Shown: positions 1 through 9,790 of the stretch, one piece after another
How the letters are laid out: every line of letters begins with the position of its first letter
Numbering within the stretch: position 1 is the stretch's first letter
IMG/VR virus record: IMGVR_UViG_3300032294_003343
Location: 1-64,000 of that record
From: a virus
Length of the DNA: 64,000 nt
Direction: 5' to 3' (one strand)
Program-made: the position numbers and the translations under genes
The notes under the pieces: generated by a model
Told to the model about the DNA's origin: nothing
Databases searched by the model: none
The model's input: the letters and a program-made list of their open reading frames with translations, nothing else

Positions 1-1691
1 GACGTGATTGCATAACCTGCTTGATGAGAATAAGTAGCAGTTGTAGCTATGCTTGCAGACCCTGATGTTATCGCATATCCAGCCTGATGAGAGTAAGTAG
101 CAGTTGTAGCTAATCCAGCTGTAATTCCATAGCCAGATTGATTTGAATAATTTGAAGTAGTGGCAAATCCAGATGTTGTAGCTGTTCCTGTTAAATTACC
201 TGTGATAATCCCATTGTTTATAATTACGCCAGAAATTGCTGTAGCTGAAGCAACATATAAGCTTCCACCAATTCCAACTCCACCTCCAACAATCAGTGTA
301 CCAGTTGTAGTTGATGTCGAAACTGTTGTGCTTGTAAAACCTACTGAACCTAAAACGTGTAATTTATAACCTGGATTTGTAAGACCAATACCAAAATTTC
401 CAGCATATTCATTTGCAGTTACATTAGCATTTGCATTTGCTCTGATCAATGGGATTCCAGTAATGTCATTTACTGAATATATATATCCTGTTGAAAGATT
501 TGGTGTGATAGAAAATAGCTGACCTTGAGTGCCTTCAAAAGAAATTGAATTATCTTCAAGCACTGACATAAATATAGGATCGCCAGTTTGACCAATCATA
601 GCCATAGTTGGATTTGTGGCTATACCAGTTGTTCCAAAAGATGCTTGATTGAAAGATAATCTACCAGAAATTCCCACTCCACCAGCAACTTGTAAAGCCC
701 CATTTGATGTTGAAGTTGAAGCAGTGGTGGCTGTAATTGCTAAACCAGAAACATTCAATATTTCTGTTGATGGATTGAATGTTATAGTCCCATCACTTGA
801 AACAGCAGAACCAGCAGATAATGAAGCTGGTGTAAATAAAATTGGATGAAAAGCACTTGCATTTCCAGCACTATTTACAACAATATTTTGAGCAGTATTA
901 CCAGAAGCACCACCTGTAGCAGTCATAGGCACCCAAGACATTACACCAGCGGAATCAGATTGTAATACCGATGATCCTGTAGATGGTGATGTAGCTGGTA
1001 AAGTATAGACAGTATTGCCTGAAGCAGAAGAAACAAAAGCAGTGTAATTAGCGCCATTGAATAATTGTAATCTACCACCAACAGAAACAGATTGACCTAT
1101 ACCAACACCACCTGTGACAACTATAGCTCCAGCTGTTGGACTTGTTGATGCAGTAGAACCTGACACACTTGCTGTAGATGTATTGACAGTTGTAGCTGAT
1201 AATGTAGAAAGTGAAATTGTATTTGATGCTGGATTGAATGTAAGACCTGTGTCAGAGGAAACAGCAACTCCACTACCTCCATTTACTGGAGAAAATAAAA
1301 TAAAGTGTGTAGCGTTTGTAGATGCTGCAACTGTATTGATATTTTCAGCAGTTGTAGCTAATCCAGAGGTACCACTTGAAGTGGTCATCGGAACCCAAGA
1401 CATTACACCAGCAGAAGTTGATTGCAGAACAGAAGTTCCCGTGGCTGGTGAAGATGATGGTAATATATATACTGTATTGCCTGATGCAGAAGAAACAAAA
1501 GCAGTGTAATTAGCACCGTTGAATAATTGTAATCTGCCACTTATCGATACAGACTGACCAATTCCAACTCCTCCAGTAGATATAATTGAACCAGTAGTGG
1601 ATGAAACTGAATTCGTATTATTGACAACAAAAATATTATCAGCACTTACCCCAAGTCCACTAGATAATATAAAACTACGCTTTATTGCCAT
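1..1691 (-). CDS. Tail-fibre-like Gly/Ser/Thr-rich structural protein (3' end runs off the window)
   Basis: Absent from the ORF track; manual translation from ATG 1691 gives MAIKRSFILSSGLGVSADN..., open to base 1. Contains GGVGIG repeats, a duplicated 'RLQLFNGANYTAFVSSASGNTVY' unit, tandem 'ATTATYSHQAGYAITS' units and a module shared with the neighbouring fibres. Confidence 0.85.
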   Translation of the reverse strand, partial: MAIKRSFILSSGLGVSADNIFVVNNTNSVSSTTGSIISTGGVGIGQSVSISGRLQLFNGANYTAFVSSASGNTVYILPSSSPATGTSVLQSTSAGVMSWVPMTTSSGTSGLATTAENINTVAASTNATHFILFSPVNGGSGVAVSSDTGLTFNPASNTISLSTLSATTVNTSTASVSGSTASTSPTAGAIVVTGGVGIGQSVSVGGRLQLFNGANYTAFVSSASGNTVYTLPATSPSTGSSVLQSDSAGVMSWVPMTATGGASGNTAQNIVVNSAGNASAFHPILFTPASLSAGSAVSSDGTITFNPSTEILNVSGLAITATTASTSTSNGALQVAGGVGISGRLSFNQASFGTTGIATNPTMAMIGQTGDPIFMSVLEDNSISFEGTQGQLFSITPNLSTGYIYSVNDITGIPLIRANANANVTANEYAGNFGIGLTNPGYKLHVLGSVGFTSTTVSTSTTTGTLIVGGGVGIGGSLYVASATAISGVIINNGIITGNLTGTATTSGFATTSNYSNQSGYGITAGLATTATYSHQAGYAITSGSASIATTATYSHQAGYAIT

Positions 1692-1693
1692 TA

Positions 1694-4600
1694 CTAAATC
1701 CTCATAGCAGAACAAGCAATTTTATAAGTTGTTACTGCATTTGTTGGTGTTACTAAAAATCTCATATTTCCGCCAGAAATATCTCCATCAAATGTTGATC
1801 CAATTGCACCAGTATTGACCATTGCATATTCAGTCATATATACTTGGCTGCCATCATGGACCATCAAAATTTCTTGTGAATGATAATTTGAACCAGATGT
1901 CACTTGAACAAACATCTTTGCTGTTCTAAATGATGATGCGTCTAAAGATAATGCAACTTGATTTACAGTGGTGGCAGATGTTACTAATGTAGATGAAATT
2001 TGATCATAAATTCCATTGATACTAAAAGATGATGCAAATACTGTTCCTACAACTCCAACCCCACCATCAACAATCAAAGCGCCAGTAGAAGTTGATGTAG
2101 AAGGTGTAGTATTAGTTATATGAACAGGTTGAGATAAATCAATACCACTACCAAGAGCGATTTCTACCCATTGAGCCGTATCAACATCATTGTAATAAAC
2201 AAGTAAACCACCATCTAAAGAATTGAACCAAAGATCAGCATTTTTTGGACTTGCTGGAGGTATATCTGAAACAGTTAATGGAGTTACAGTAGTCCAACCA
2301 ATTCCTGATGGCTTAGATGAATCAGCACCTAGAACATAACTATTTATGCCTACAGGAAGCTTGATAAATGTTGATCCAGCACCTACTAGCAAATCTCCAA
2401 GAGTGTAGGAAGTGTTTCCAGTACCACCATATCTAGCTGTTATTGCTGTAGCTGACCAACTTCCAGTAGTTATGACACCATTATTTAAAACTACACCAGA
2501 AATACTACTAGCGGTTGAAGTTCCAGTATATAAGCTTCCACCAATGCCCACTCCACCAGTGATAGTTAAAGCACCAGTGGTAGTAGATGTTGAAACTGTG
2601 CTTGATGAAATTACAGTGTCATTTGTGAAGGTTTTTACACCAGCGAAAGATTGAGCAAGTGTTGAAACAAGACCAGTAGCACCAGTTCCAGCAATGGGAA
2701 TATTGAATGTGTGCGTAGACCCGGAAGAAGATATATTAAATCCAGATCCAGAAGTCCCAGTGGCAAAATATTGCAATCCAGCATTTAATCCGTTAAGGGT
2801 TGTTACGCCTGTCGCTGCTGTTGCTGTCCACTTTACACCACCAGGAGCAGTATTGTCAGCAGTAAGTACAAAATTATTAGTTCCTACAGGTAATTTATAT
2901 AAAGTTGATCCTGCGCCAACTAGTAAATCGCCAACTGTGTATGAATTGTATCCAGTTCCACCATAAAATGCAGTTATTGCAGTTGCTGACCAAGTACCAG
3001 TAGAAATTGTTCCTACTGCAGTCAGAGAAGAATTTGTAACTCCTATACCAAGTGAAGTTGCAGAAAGAACACTATTGCCACCAATACTATAAGATTGTCC
3101 GGCAAGTATACTTACAGAAGTTGCACCAAATGCTCCAGTTGCTGTATTGAATGAAAAGAAACCATTTACAGATGCGCCAATACCACTTGTTGAAGATGCT
3201 GTATTTGAAAGTACAGGGAAGAAAGTTCCAGAGGCAGCATTTGCAACATTTAAGTTTGCAGATGTTGTAGCAAAACCAGAAGTTGTAGCAGTGGTTGCAG
3301 TTCCTGTAAGATTACCCGTAATGATACCATTATTAATGGTTACCCCAGAAATTGCTGTGGCAGATGCAACGTACAAACTACCACCAATTCCAACGCCTCC
3401 AGTGACAATCAATGCACCTGATGATGGACTTGTTGAAGCTGTAGATCCTGTAATACTTGCTGCAACAGTGTTTACAGATACACCTGCAGAAAATGTGTTA
3501 GTTGTGAGTGTGTTTGAAGCTGGATTGAATAATAGTCCAGCATCAGAAGAAACAGCTACACCACTACCTCCATTTGTTGGAGAAAATAAAATGTGATGAT
3601 TTGTGTTTGTACTTGCTGCTACAGTATTTAAATTTATTGCAGTTGTAGCAGTTCCTGAAGTTATTGCGTATCCAGATTGGTGAGCATATGTAGCAGTTGT
3701 GGCTAACCCAACTGACAAAGTGGATTGTGCTACATATGTCGGAGTAGCTCCTGAACCTGCTGAAGTTAAAACATACCCAGCATTCGAATTTGCTGTTAAT
3801 CTTCCCCAAGTACTAGCTGTATTTGCGTAAAGAATATCTCCAACTGTAAAAGATGGAACTAAACCAGTACCACCATATAATGCCGTGATAGCTGTAGCAG
3901 ACCAAGTACCAGTAGTAATTGTTCCTAATGCTGTAAGGCTAGAATTTGTAACTCCAGTGCCTAATGATGTAGCAGAAAGGACAATTCCATTATTTATCTT
4001 AAATGTGTTTCCAGAAGCTAAATTTAAACTTTCTGAAGAAGACCAACCTACACCAGAGTACCAGTTTATAGATTTGTCTGTCCCACCACGTAAAGTAATT
4101 CCACCGCCTTGAGCAGTTAAATCTGTCGGTGTTGCTACAACACCTAATTCAATATTTTTATCAGCAACAGTAATTGTTGTGGAGTTTATAGTGGTGAATG
4201 TACCTTGGACATTCAAATCACCTTGAACATTAAGTGTTCCACCAATACCTACTCCACCAGTAACTACTAAAGCACCAGATGTATACGATCCTGAACCTGT
4301 ATTGTCAGTGATATTAACAGCATTAGTGAAAGTTTTTATTCCAGCAAAACTTTGCGCTTGACTGGAGACTAAACCTGTAGCTCCTGTACCAGCTAATGGA
4401 ATGTTAAGTGTATGTGTAGATCCAGAAGAAGAAAATGCTGGTACGGTTCCAGAATAACCAAAAGCTAAATCTTGTTTTGAAGCAGTGAGACCATTAATAT
4501 TGGTTATTGCTAACCCGGATGCACTAGCCCACTTTATGCCACCTGGAACAGTATTGTCAGCAACTAAAATAAAATTATTAGTTCCAACTGATATTTTAGT

Positions 4601-6664
4601 TAATGTTGAACCAGCACCCGCAAGCAAATCACCAGTGCTATAAGTTTGAAAGCCTGTACCACCATAGAAAGATGTAATAGCTGTAGCAGCCCAAACACCA
4701 GCAGAGATAGTTCCTACTGCAGTAAGTGATGAATTTGTTACTCCAATTCCCAAAGATGTTGAAGAAAGAACTTGAACACCATTGATTCTGTAAACATATC
4801 CTGATGAAAGATTTGTATCTCCAACAACATGTAACTTGTAAGATGGATTTGAAAGACCTATTCCCACATTGGCTGCAAATTCAGCCATTGCAATTGTTCC
4901 ATCAGCATTTGCACGAATTATTGGAAGACCAGATATATCTCCAACATTGAAAATCCAGCCTGATGAAAGATTGTTGTTGATACCAAATAGTTTTCCAGAT
5001 GTACCTTCCCAAAGAAGTGAATTATCTGAAAGAACAGTGAGGGTTATTGGAGCAGCTGTTGTACTACCAATAAACGCCATAGATGGATTAGTTGCACCTG
5101 TATATCCTAAAGCAGCTTGATTGAAAGATAATTGCCCAGAAACACCTAAACCACCATAAACTGTTAATGCGCCAGTATTGAATGCTGTTGAACCAGTTGT
5201 AGAACTAATTATTACATCATTAGTGAATGTCTTAATCCCAGCAAAAGATTGAGCTAATGTAGAGACTAAACCTGTTGCACCCGTTCCTGCAATTGGAATA
5301 TTGAATGTATGAGTAGAACCAGAAGAAGATATATTGAATCCACTTCCAGATGTTCCCGTAGAGAAAAATTGAGCAGAGGCAGTGAGACCATTTACTGAAG
5401 TGATGGAAAGCCCCGCCACACTAGACCACTTAACACCACTAGGAGAAGTAGCATCAGCAGTCAATACAAAATTATCTGTACCTACATTTAATTTAATAAA
5501 TGTATTACCTGATCCGACTAAAATATCACCTTTAGTGTAAGAATTATACCCAGTACCACCATAGAAGCCAGTGATAACGCTTCCTGCCCAAGAGCCTGAA
5601 GTAATTACACCATTATTGACTACAACTCCAGATAAGCTTGATGGTAAAGAACTAGTTAGATATAAACTTCCACCAATTCCAACACCACCTGTGACAGTTA
5701 ATGCACCAGTTGATGTTGATGTGGAAACTGTTGAAGAGGATACAATTAAATCATTAGTGAATGTTTTGATGCCAGCAAATGATTGTGATAAAGTTGATAC
5801 TAAACCTGTAGATCCAGTGCCAGCAATTGGTATGTTAAATGTATGAGTTGATCCTGATGAGGATATATTAAATAAATTACCAGAAGATCCAGTAGCAAAA
5901 TATTGAACACTTGAAGTTATGGAATTGAAATTGGTTATGCCAGTTGCAGCTGTTGGAGACCAAGTCAGACCTGTAGATGATGATGAACTAGCAGTAAGAA
6001 CATAACTATCTGTTCCAACACCTAACTTTATGAAAGTTGAACCAGCGCCTACTAAAATATCGCCTAATGTGTAGGATGTATAACCCAAACCACCATAAGA
6101 TGCTGGAATAATACCTTGAGGTCCAATATATCTGTGGCCAACAATTCTATATGGACCATTTGTAGAAATACCTGTTCCATAAGAGTTGACGTTGTTATTG
6201 AATATCAGAATACCAGTTTGATAATCAAATAACCAGTTAGAATTGTCTGATTTAGTTATAAGATTGTCGTTTTTATCGTAAACTTTAATTTCATAACCAG
6301 CACCAGCGACGGTTCCAAAACCATCGTACTTATCTGATACCCAGTTTCCTAATCTTTGAGATTCTGAAAGAGCAGATCCATCGTTTGCATTTGTAGTGTT
6401 GCCGTATCCAGATGTAGCAAACCAAGTTAAATTTCCTGGGACAGATGTATCAACAGCAAGAGTTTGTCCAATAGCACCAGTATAGTAAAGCACACCTGTG
6501 GTTGCATTTGGAGGAGTACCTGGAATTAATCCTGTTTTAATATCAGGAAGATATAATTCAAGAGTTGAAGCTCCTTTTTCTTCAGGCAGCCCTTTCCCAG
6601 TGCTTGTAGTGATTCTTTTACTTGATAGCTTTTTGAAGCTTGTATCTGTTTGTGTCCAGGGCAT
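1694..6664 (-). CDS. Long tail-fibre-like protein, 1656 aa
   Basis: Four 'SSSGSTHT(F/L)NIP(I/L)AGTG.TGLVS...QSFAG.KTF' units, GAL.V.GGVGIGG motifs, a 'DLWFNS..G.L..YY.D.D..QWVEI' module and a C-terminal 'RTAK..VQ...E.LMVHDG....TEY' domain of the kind seen in phage fibre proteins. Confidence 0.85.
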   Translation of the reverse strand: MPWTQTDTSFKKLSSKRITTSTGKGLPEEKGASTLELYLPDIKTGLIPGTPPNATTGVLYYTGAIGQTLAVDTSVPGNLTWFATSGYGNTTNANDGSALSESQRLGNWVSDKYDGFGTVAGAGYEIKVYDKNDNLITKSDNSNWLFDYQTGILIFNNNVNSYGTGISTNGPYRIVGHRYIGPQGIIPASYGGLGYTSYTLGDILVGAGSTFIKLGVGTDSYVLTASSSSSTGLTWSPTAATGITNFNSITSSVQYFATGSSGNLFNISSSGSTHTFNIPIAGTGSTGLVSTLSQSFAGIKTFTNDLIVSSSTVSTSTSTGALTVTGGVGIGGSLYLTSSLPSSLSGVVVNNGVITSGSWAGSVITGFYGGTGYNSYTKGDILVGSGNTFIKLNVGTDNFVLTADATSPSGVKWSSVAGLSITSVNGLTASAQFFSTGTSGSGFNISSSGSTHTFNIPIAGTGATGLVSTLAQSFAGIKTFTNDVIISSTTGSTAFNTGALTVYGGLGVSGQLSFNQAALGYTGATNPSMAFIGSTTAAPITLTVLSDNSLLWEGTSGKLFGINNNLSSGWIFNVGDISGLPIIRANADGTIAMAEFAANVGIGLSNPSYKLHVVGDTNLSSGYVYRINGVQVLSSTSLGIGVTNSSLTAVGTISAGVWAATAITSFYGGTGFQTYSTGDLLAGAGSTLTKISVGTNNFILVADNTVPGGIKWASASGLAITNINGLTASKQDLAFGYSGTVPAFSSSGSTHTLNIPLAGTGATGLVSSQAQSFAGIKTFTNAVNITDNTGSGSYTSGALVVTGGVGIGGTLNVQGDLNVQGTFTTINSTTITVADKNIELGVVATPTDLTAQGGGITLRGGTDKSINWYSGVGWSSSESLNLASGNTFKINNGIVLSATSLGTGVTNSSLTALGTITTGTWSATAITALYGGTGLVPSFTVGDILYANTASTWGRLTANSNAGYVLTSAGSGATPTYVAQSTLSVGLATTATYAHQSGYAITSGTATTAINLNTVAASTNTNHHILFSPTNGGSGVAVSSDAGLLFNPASNTLTTNTFSAGVSVNTVAASITGSTASTSPSSGALIVTGGVGIGGSLYVASATAISGVTINNGIITGNLTGTATTATTSGFATTSANLNVANAASGTFFPVLSNTASSTSGIGASVNGFFSFNTATGAFGATSVSILAGQSYSIGGNSVLSATSLGIGVTNSSLTAVGTISTGTWSATAITAFYGGTGYNSYTVGDLLVGAGSTLYKLPVGTNNFVLTADNTAPGGVKWTATAATGVTTLNGLNAGLQYFATGTSGSGFNISSSGSTHTFNIPIAGTGATGLVSTLAQSFAGVKTFTNDTVISSSTVSTSTTTGALTITGGVGIGGSLYTGTSTASSISGVVLNNGVITTGSWSATAITARYGGTGNTSYTLGDLLVGAGSTFIKLPVGINSYVLGADSSKPSGIGWTTVTPLTVSDIPPASPKNADLWFNSLDGGLLVYYNDVDTAQWVEIALGSGIDLSQPVHITNTTPSTSTSTGALIVDGGVGVVGTVFASSFSINGIYDQISSTLVTSATTVNQVALSLDASSFRTAKMFVQVTSGSNYHSQEILMVHDGSQVYMTEYAMVNTGAIGSTFDGDISGGNMRFLVTPTNAVTTYKIACSAMRI

Positions 6665-6665
6665 C

Positions 6666-9032
6666 TTATGCGCTCGTTATACTTGTCATTGAATAAGTGT
6701 TGTTTCTCAAAATTACAACTGCTCTATATCTTCCGGAATTACCAGCACCACTAACACCAGTTGTGCTTGTTCCTAAAGACCAGTTGACAGTTCCAGAAGA
6801 TGTTGAGGTTTTTGCTGAAATTGCTTGTGCTCTTGATGATCCATCATTTGCATTAGAACCCTGTAGCACTCCAAGATCAAACCATTTTGCATCACCTTCC
6901 AGATATAAAAGCACATTTAAACTTCCAGTTCCATATGCAGCAATATTTGAAGCTGTAAATCCCCCAAATGTAAGTGAACCAGTGCTTGCAGAAGTTTTAT
7001 AAAAATATCTTTGATACTCTTGATCACCAGTGAATGTGTGTGTACCACCCCATTCAGTGTCATAATCAGCTGCTAATGGATATTGTAAAGTGCCAGATCT
7101 TACCTGGGCATTTCCGTTAGCCATATCTATAGTTGAAGTGAATGCTATGCCTGAACCTATCACTAATCTTCTAGCCTCATCTTGAAAACCTTCATAAGTA
7201 TCTGTTGAAACAGTTCCATAAGTGTTGATTGCTCTCAATATTGATGCATTTTGAGCAGTTGTAGTATTATGAGCTTTATATAAAGTGACTGTCAGATATT
7301 TATTAAAAGAGGACGCATTAGCAGAGTTTAACTGAACTCTTACATGATTTGCACCTGATTTATCTAATTCGTCAGTGTACAAAGGAGGACTTGCAGGAAG
7401 ACCAGTTGATGTGACCAAGCCAGTAGCAGAAATTGCATATGTTTGAGTTACATTGTAACAAGAGCTATATATTCCAGCTGCACCCTTGAAATAAACACTG
7501 AACCCTGTTCCAGTAGTATAATATCCAATTCCAGAAAGCCACTTTAAAGACTGACTATATGTTGAAGCTGTGGCTGATTGTGAGAAAGATGGGGATTTCC
7601 CACTTGACCAAGGGTCATACCACATCGTATAAGATGCAGAAACTTGACTGTTTGTTGAATGAGATATAAATAAAGCTTCATATCCTGCGTGATTTGGAGT
7701 ATATGCATTTATTCTTGCATTTGCTTTTGTCCAAATGCTATTATATACATCCATTGCAGTTAAGACTAAATTTCCACTTGTAAAGCTTGGAGTGTAATTA
7801 GCAACCATATCAATTTGATTGACTGTTGCACCTGAACCTGTAAGATAGTGAGAAGCGCTAAAACTTAATGTTCCATAAGTTGAAGTAACTAAAGTTCCTG
7901 CATAAAATGTTGTTGAAGTGTTTGGTGTTGTTAGTGTATGTGTTCCAGTTACAAAATATTTCGATGATATCAAACTTCCTGTGCCAAAACCTGCTTGATA
8001 CCATTCAGTTCCGAGTCCACCAGCAATTCTTGCACTATAATATGTAGGCACAGAAGTTGCAGTCAAACTCAAACCTGTCATTTCATTTGGCTTGGCAGGG
8101 GCTATCAAAGCTAATAATTCATTTACATCATCAAAAGCATTAGAGATAGTTGTATTATTTGTCCAAGAGTTGAAAAATCCATCAGTATATACTCCATCAG
8201 TTGGAGTGCCTATAACTGTTGTTCCTGAAGCAGATGCTGCCCTCCAAGTTACACCCGTTGATGATGCACTATCTGCTGTAAGAACATATGTGTCAGTTCC
8301 AACGGGGAATTTTGACACAGTATTTCCAGTGCCAACTAAAATGTCGCCTGTAGTATATGAGTTCTGCCCTGTACCACCATAAAGAGATGTAATAACATTT
8401 CCAGCCCAAGCACCAGATGTAATTACTCCATTATTTACTACAACACCAGAAAGACTTGATGGGAACGAACTGGTTAGGAATAAACTTCCACCTATTCCAA
8501 CTCCTCCTGTTATTGTCAATGCACCAGTGGAATCTGAAGTGGAAACTGTTGAACTTGAAACAACTAAATCATTTGTGAAAGTCTTGATTCCAGCAAATGA
8601 TTGATCTAATGTAGAAACAAGACCTGTAGATCCTGTTCCAGCAATTGGAATATTGAAAGTATGAGTGGAACCAGAGGAAGATATGTTAAATAAATTACCA
8701 GAAGTGCCAACAGAAAAATATTGATTGGAAGCAGTTAAGGAATTAAGTGTCGTGATTCCAGTAGCTGCAGCTGGTTTCCAAGTTATCCCAAATGCTGCAG
8801 AATTATCAGCTGTAAGTACAAAATTGTTTGAACCTACAGAAAGAGGATATAATGATGTCCCAGCACCAACAAGAATATCACCAAGGTTATAAAAGGTATT
8901 TCCTGTTCCACCACCTTGAACATTTAATATGTAATAAGTTTTCCAACTTGTGCCGTCAAATCTCCAAGATTTTCCATTAGCTGAATAAATCTGATTTGTC
9001 GATGGTGATGGGGGGAAATTAAGTGCTGCCAT
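6666..9032 (-). CDS. Fibre/virion structural protein, 788 aa
   Basis: N-terminal 'LNFPPSPSTNQIY...WRFDGTSW' module, one copy of the shared fibre repeat, beta-rich C-terminal region; tightly coupled to neighbours. Confidence 0.75.
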   Translation of the reverse strand: MAALNFPPSPSTNQIYSANGKSWRFDGTSWKTYYILNVQGGGTGNTFYNLGDILVGAGTSLYPLSVGSNNFVLTADNSAAFGITWKPAAATGITTLNSLTASNQYFSVGTSGNLFNISSSGSTHTFNIPIAGTGSTGLVSTLDQSFAGIKTFTNDLVVSSSTVSTSDSTGALTITGGVGIGGSLFLTSSFPSSLSGVVVNNGVITSGAWAGNVITSLYGGTGQNSYTTGDILVGTGNTVSKFPVGTDTYVLTADSASSTGVTWRAASASGTTVIGTPTDGVYTDGFFNSWTNNTTISNAFDDVNELLALIAPAKPNEMTGLSLTATSVPTYYSARIAGGLGTEWYQAGFGTGSLISSKYFVTGTHTLTTPNTSTTFYAGTLVTSTYGTLSFSASHYLTGSGATVNQIDMVANYTPSFTSGNLVLTAMDVYNSIWTKANARINAYTPNHAGYEALFISHSTNSQVSASYTMWYDPWSSGKSPSFSQSATASTYSQSLKWLSGIGYYTTGTGFSVYFKGAAGIYSSCYNVTQTYAISATGLVTSTGLPASPPLYTDELDKSGANHVRVQLNSANASSFNKYLTVTLYKAHNTTTAQNASILRAINTYGTVSTDTYEGFQDEARRLVIGSGIAFTSTIDMANGNAQVRSGTLQYPLAADYDTEWGGTHTFTGDQEYQRYFYKTSASTGSLTFGGFTASNIAAYGTGSLNVLLYLEGDAKWFDLGVLQGSNANDGSSRAQAISAKTSTSSGTVNWSLGTSTTGVSGAGNSGRYRAVVILRNNTYSMTSITSA

Positions 9033-9115
9033 TATTTATCCGAATTTAGGTGGGTGCTTATTAAATATTCTTGATTTAACATAATTTCTATTTCTTTTTT
9101 TATAAATGAATCTAA

Positions 9116-9790
9116 CTAAATTCCATATCTGAACTTAAAAGCATAATAATTTTGTAATATTTCAGCTTCGCTCAATGCTCTATTGTAAATAACTGCTTGC
9201 GCTATTTTCCCATTCAGAAGATTTGAACCATCTTGATGCGCAGCTAAATGGATAATTGCATCTCCAGAAGCAAACATAGATGTATCTGGATCTGAAGCTT
9301 CTAAATTTTGATTTAGATATAATTTATATCCTGTAGAGTTTGAAAAACTAACTGCACCAAAATACCATTTATATGTGGAGAGAGATGTTGTAGTTTGAAC
9401 TCTCGTAAAACTTCCTCCAGATCTGTTATTATGTCCAGCAGCTAATTTATTGCCACCTGCCATCCATAAAACGTGTTGAAATGTTGCATCACCACCAATC
9501 AAAACATTTGCACCACTAGTATTATGAATTTGGAATATAGCAATTTTAGTGTAAGCGGTTCTATTTAAGAAAGAAGCACACTCAGAATATTCATCAGTGC
9601 CATTGAATGTCATAGATGATGTATATCCTGTTGAAGCATACCCTGGAGTATTATTTAAGTAAAATGTCGATCCGAACCCACTTAAATCGTAAGCGGTATT
9701 TCCAGATCCAGAGTAACTTCTTGGATTTAACGCATCAAAAAAAGCTTGTAAACCTAATGTTACTATCGAAGGATTTTGAACAATAGCCAT
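9116..9790 (-). CDS. LamG/concanavalin A-like lectin domain virion protein
   Basis: 'FFDALNPRSYSGSG...FNGTDEY...WYFGAV...GKIAQAVIYNRALSEAEILQNY' LamG-3 signature. Confidence 0.85.
   Translation of the reverse strand: MAIVQNPSIVTLGLQAFFDALNPRSYSGSGNTAYDLSGFGSTFYLNNTPGYASTGYTSSMTFNGTDEYSECASFLNRTAYTKIAIFQIHNTSGANVLIGGDATFQHVLWMAGGNKLAAGHNNRSGGSFTRVQTTTSLSTYKWYFGAVSFSNSTGYKLYLNQNLEASDPDTSMFASGDAIIHLAAHQDGSNLLNGKIAQAVIYNRALSEAEILQNYYAFKFRYGI

Noticed and set aside
160-8382. Many plus-strand Val/Pro/Ala-rich ORFs in the track
   Set aside because: Antisense shadows of the minus-strand Gly/Thr/Ser-rich fibre genes; no SD or independent features.
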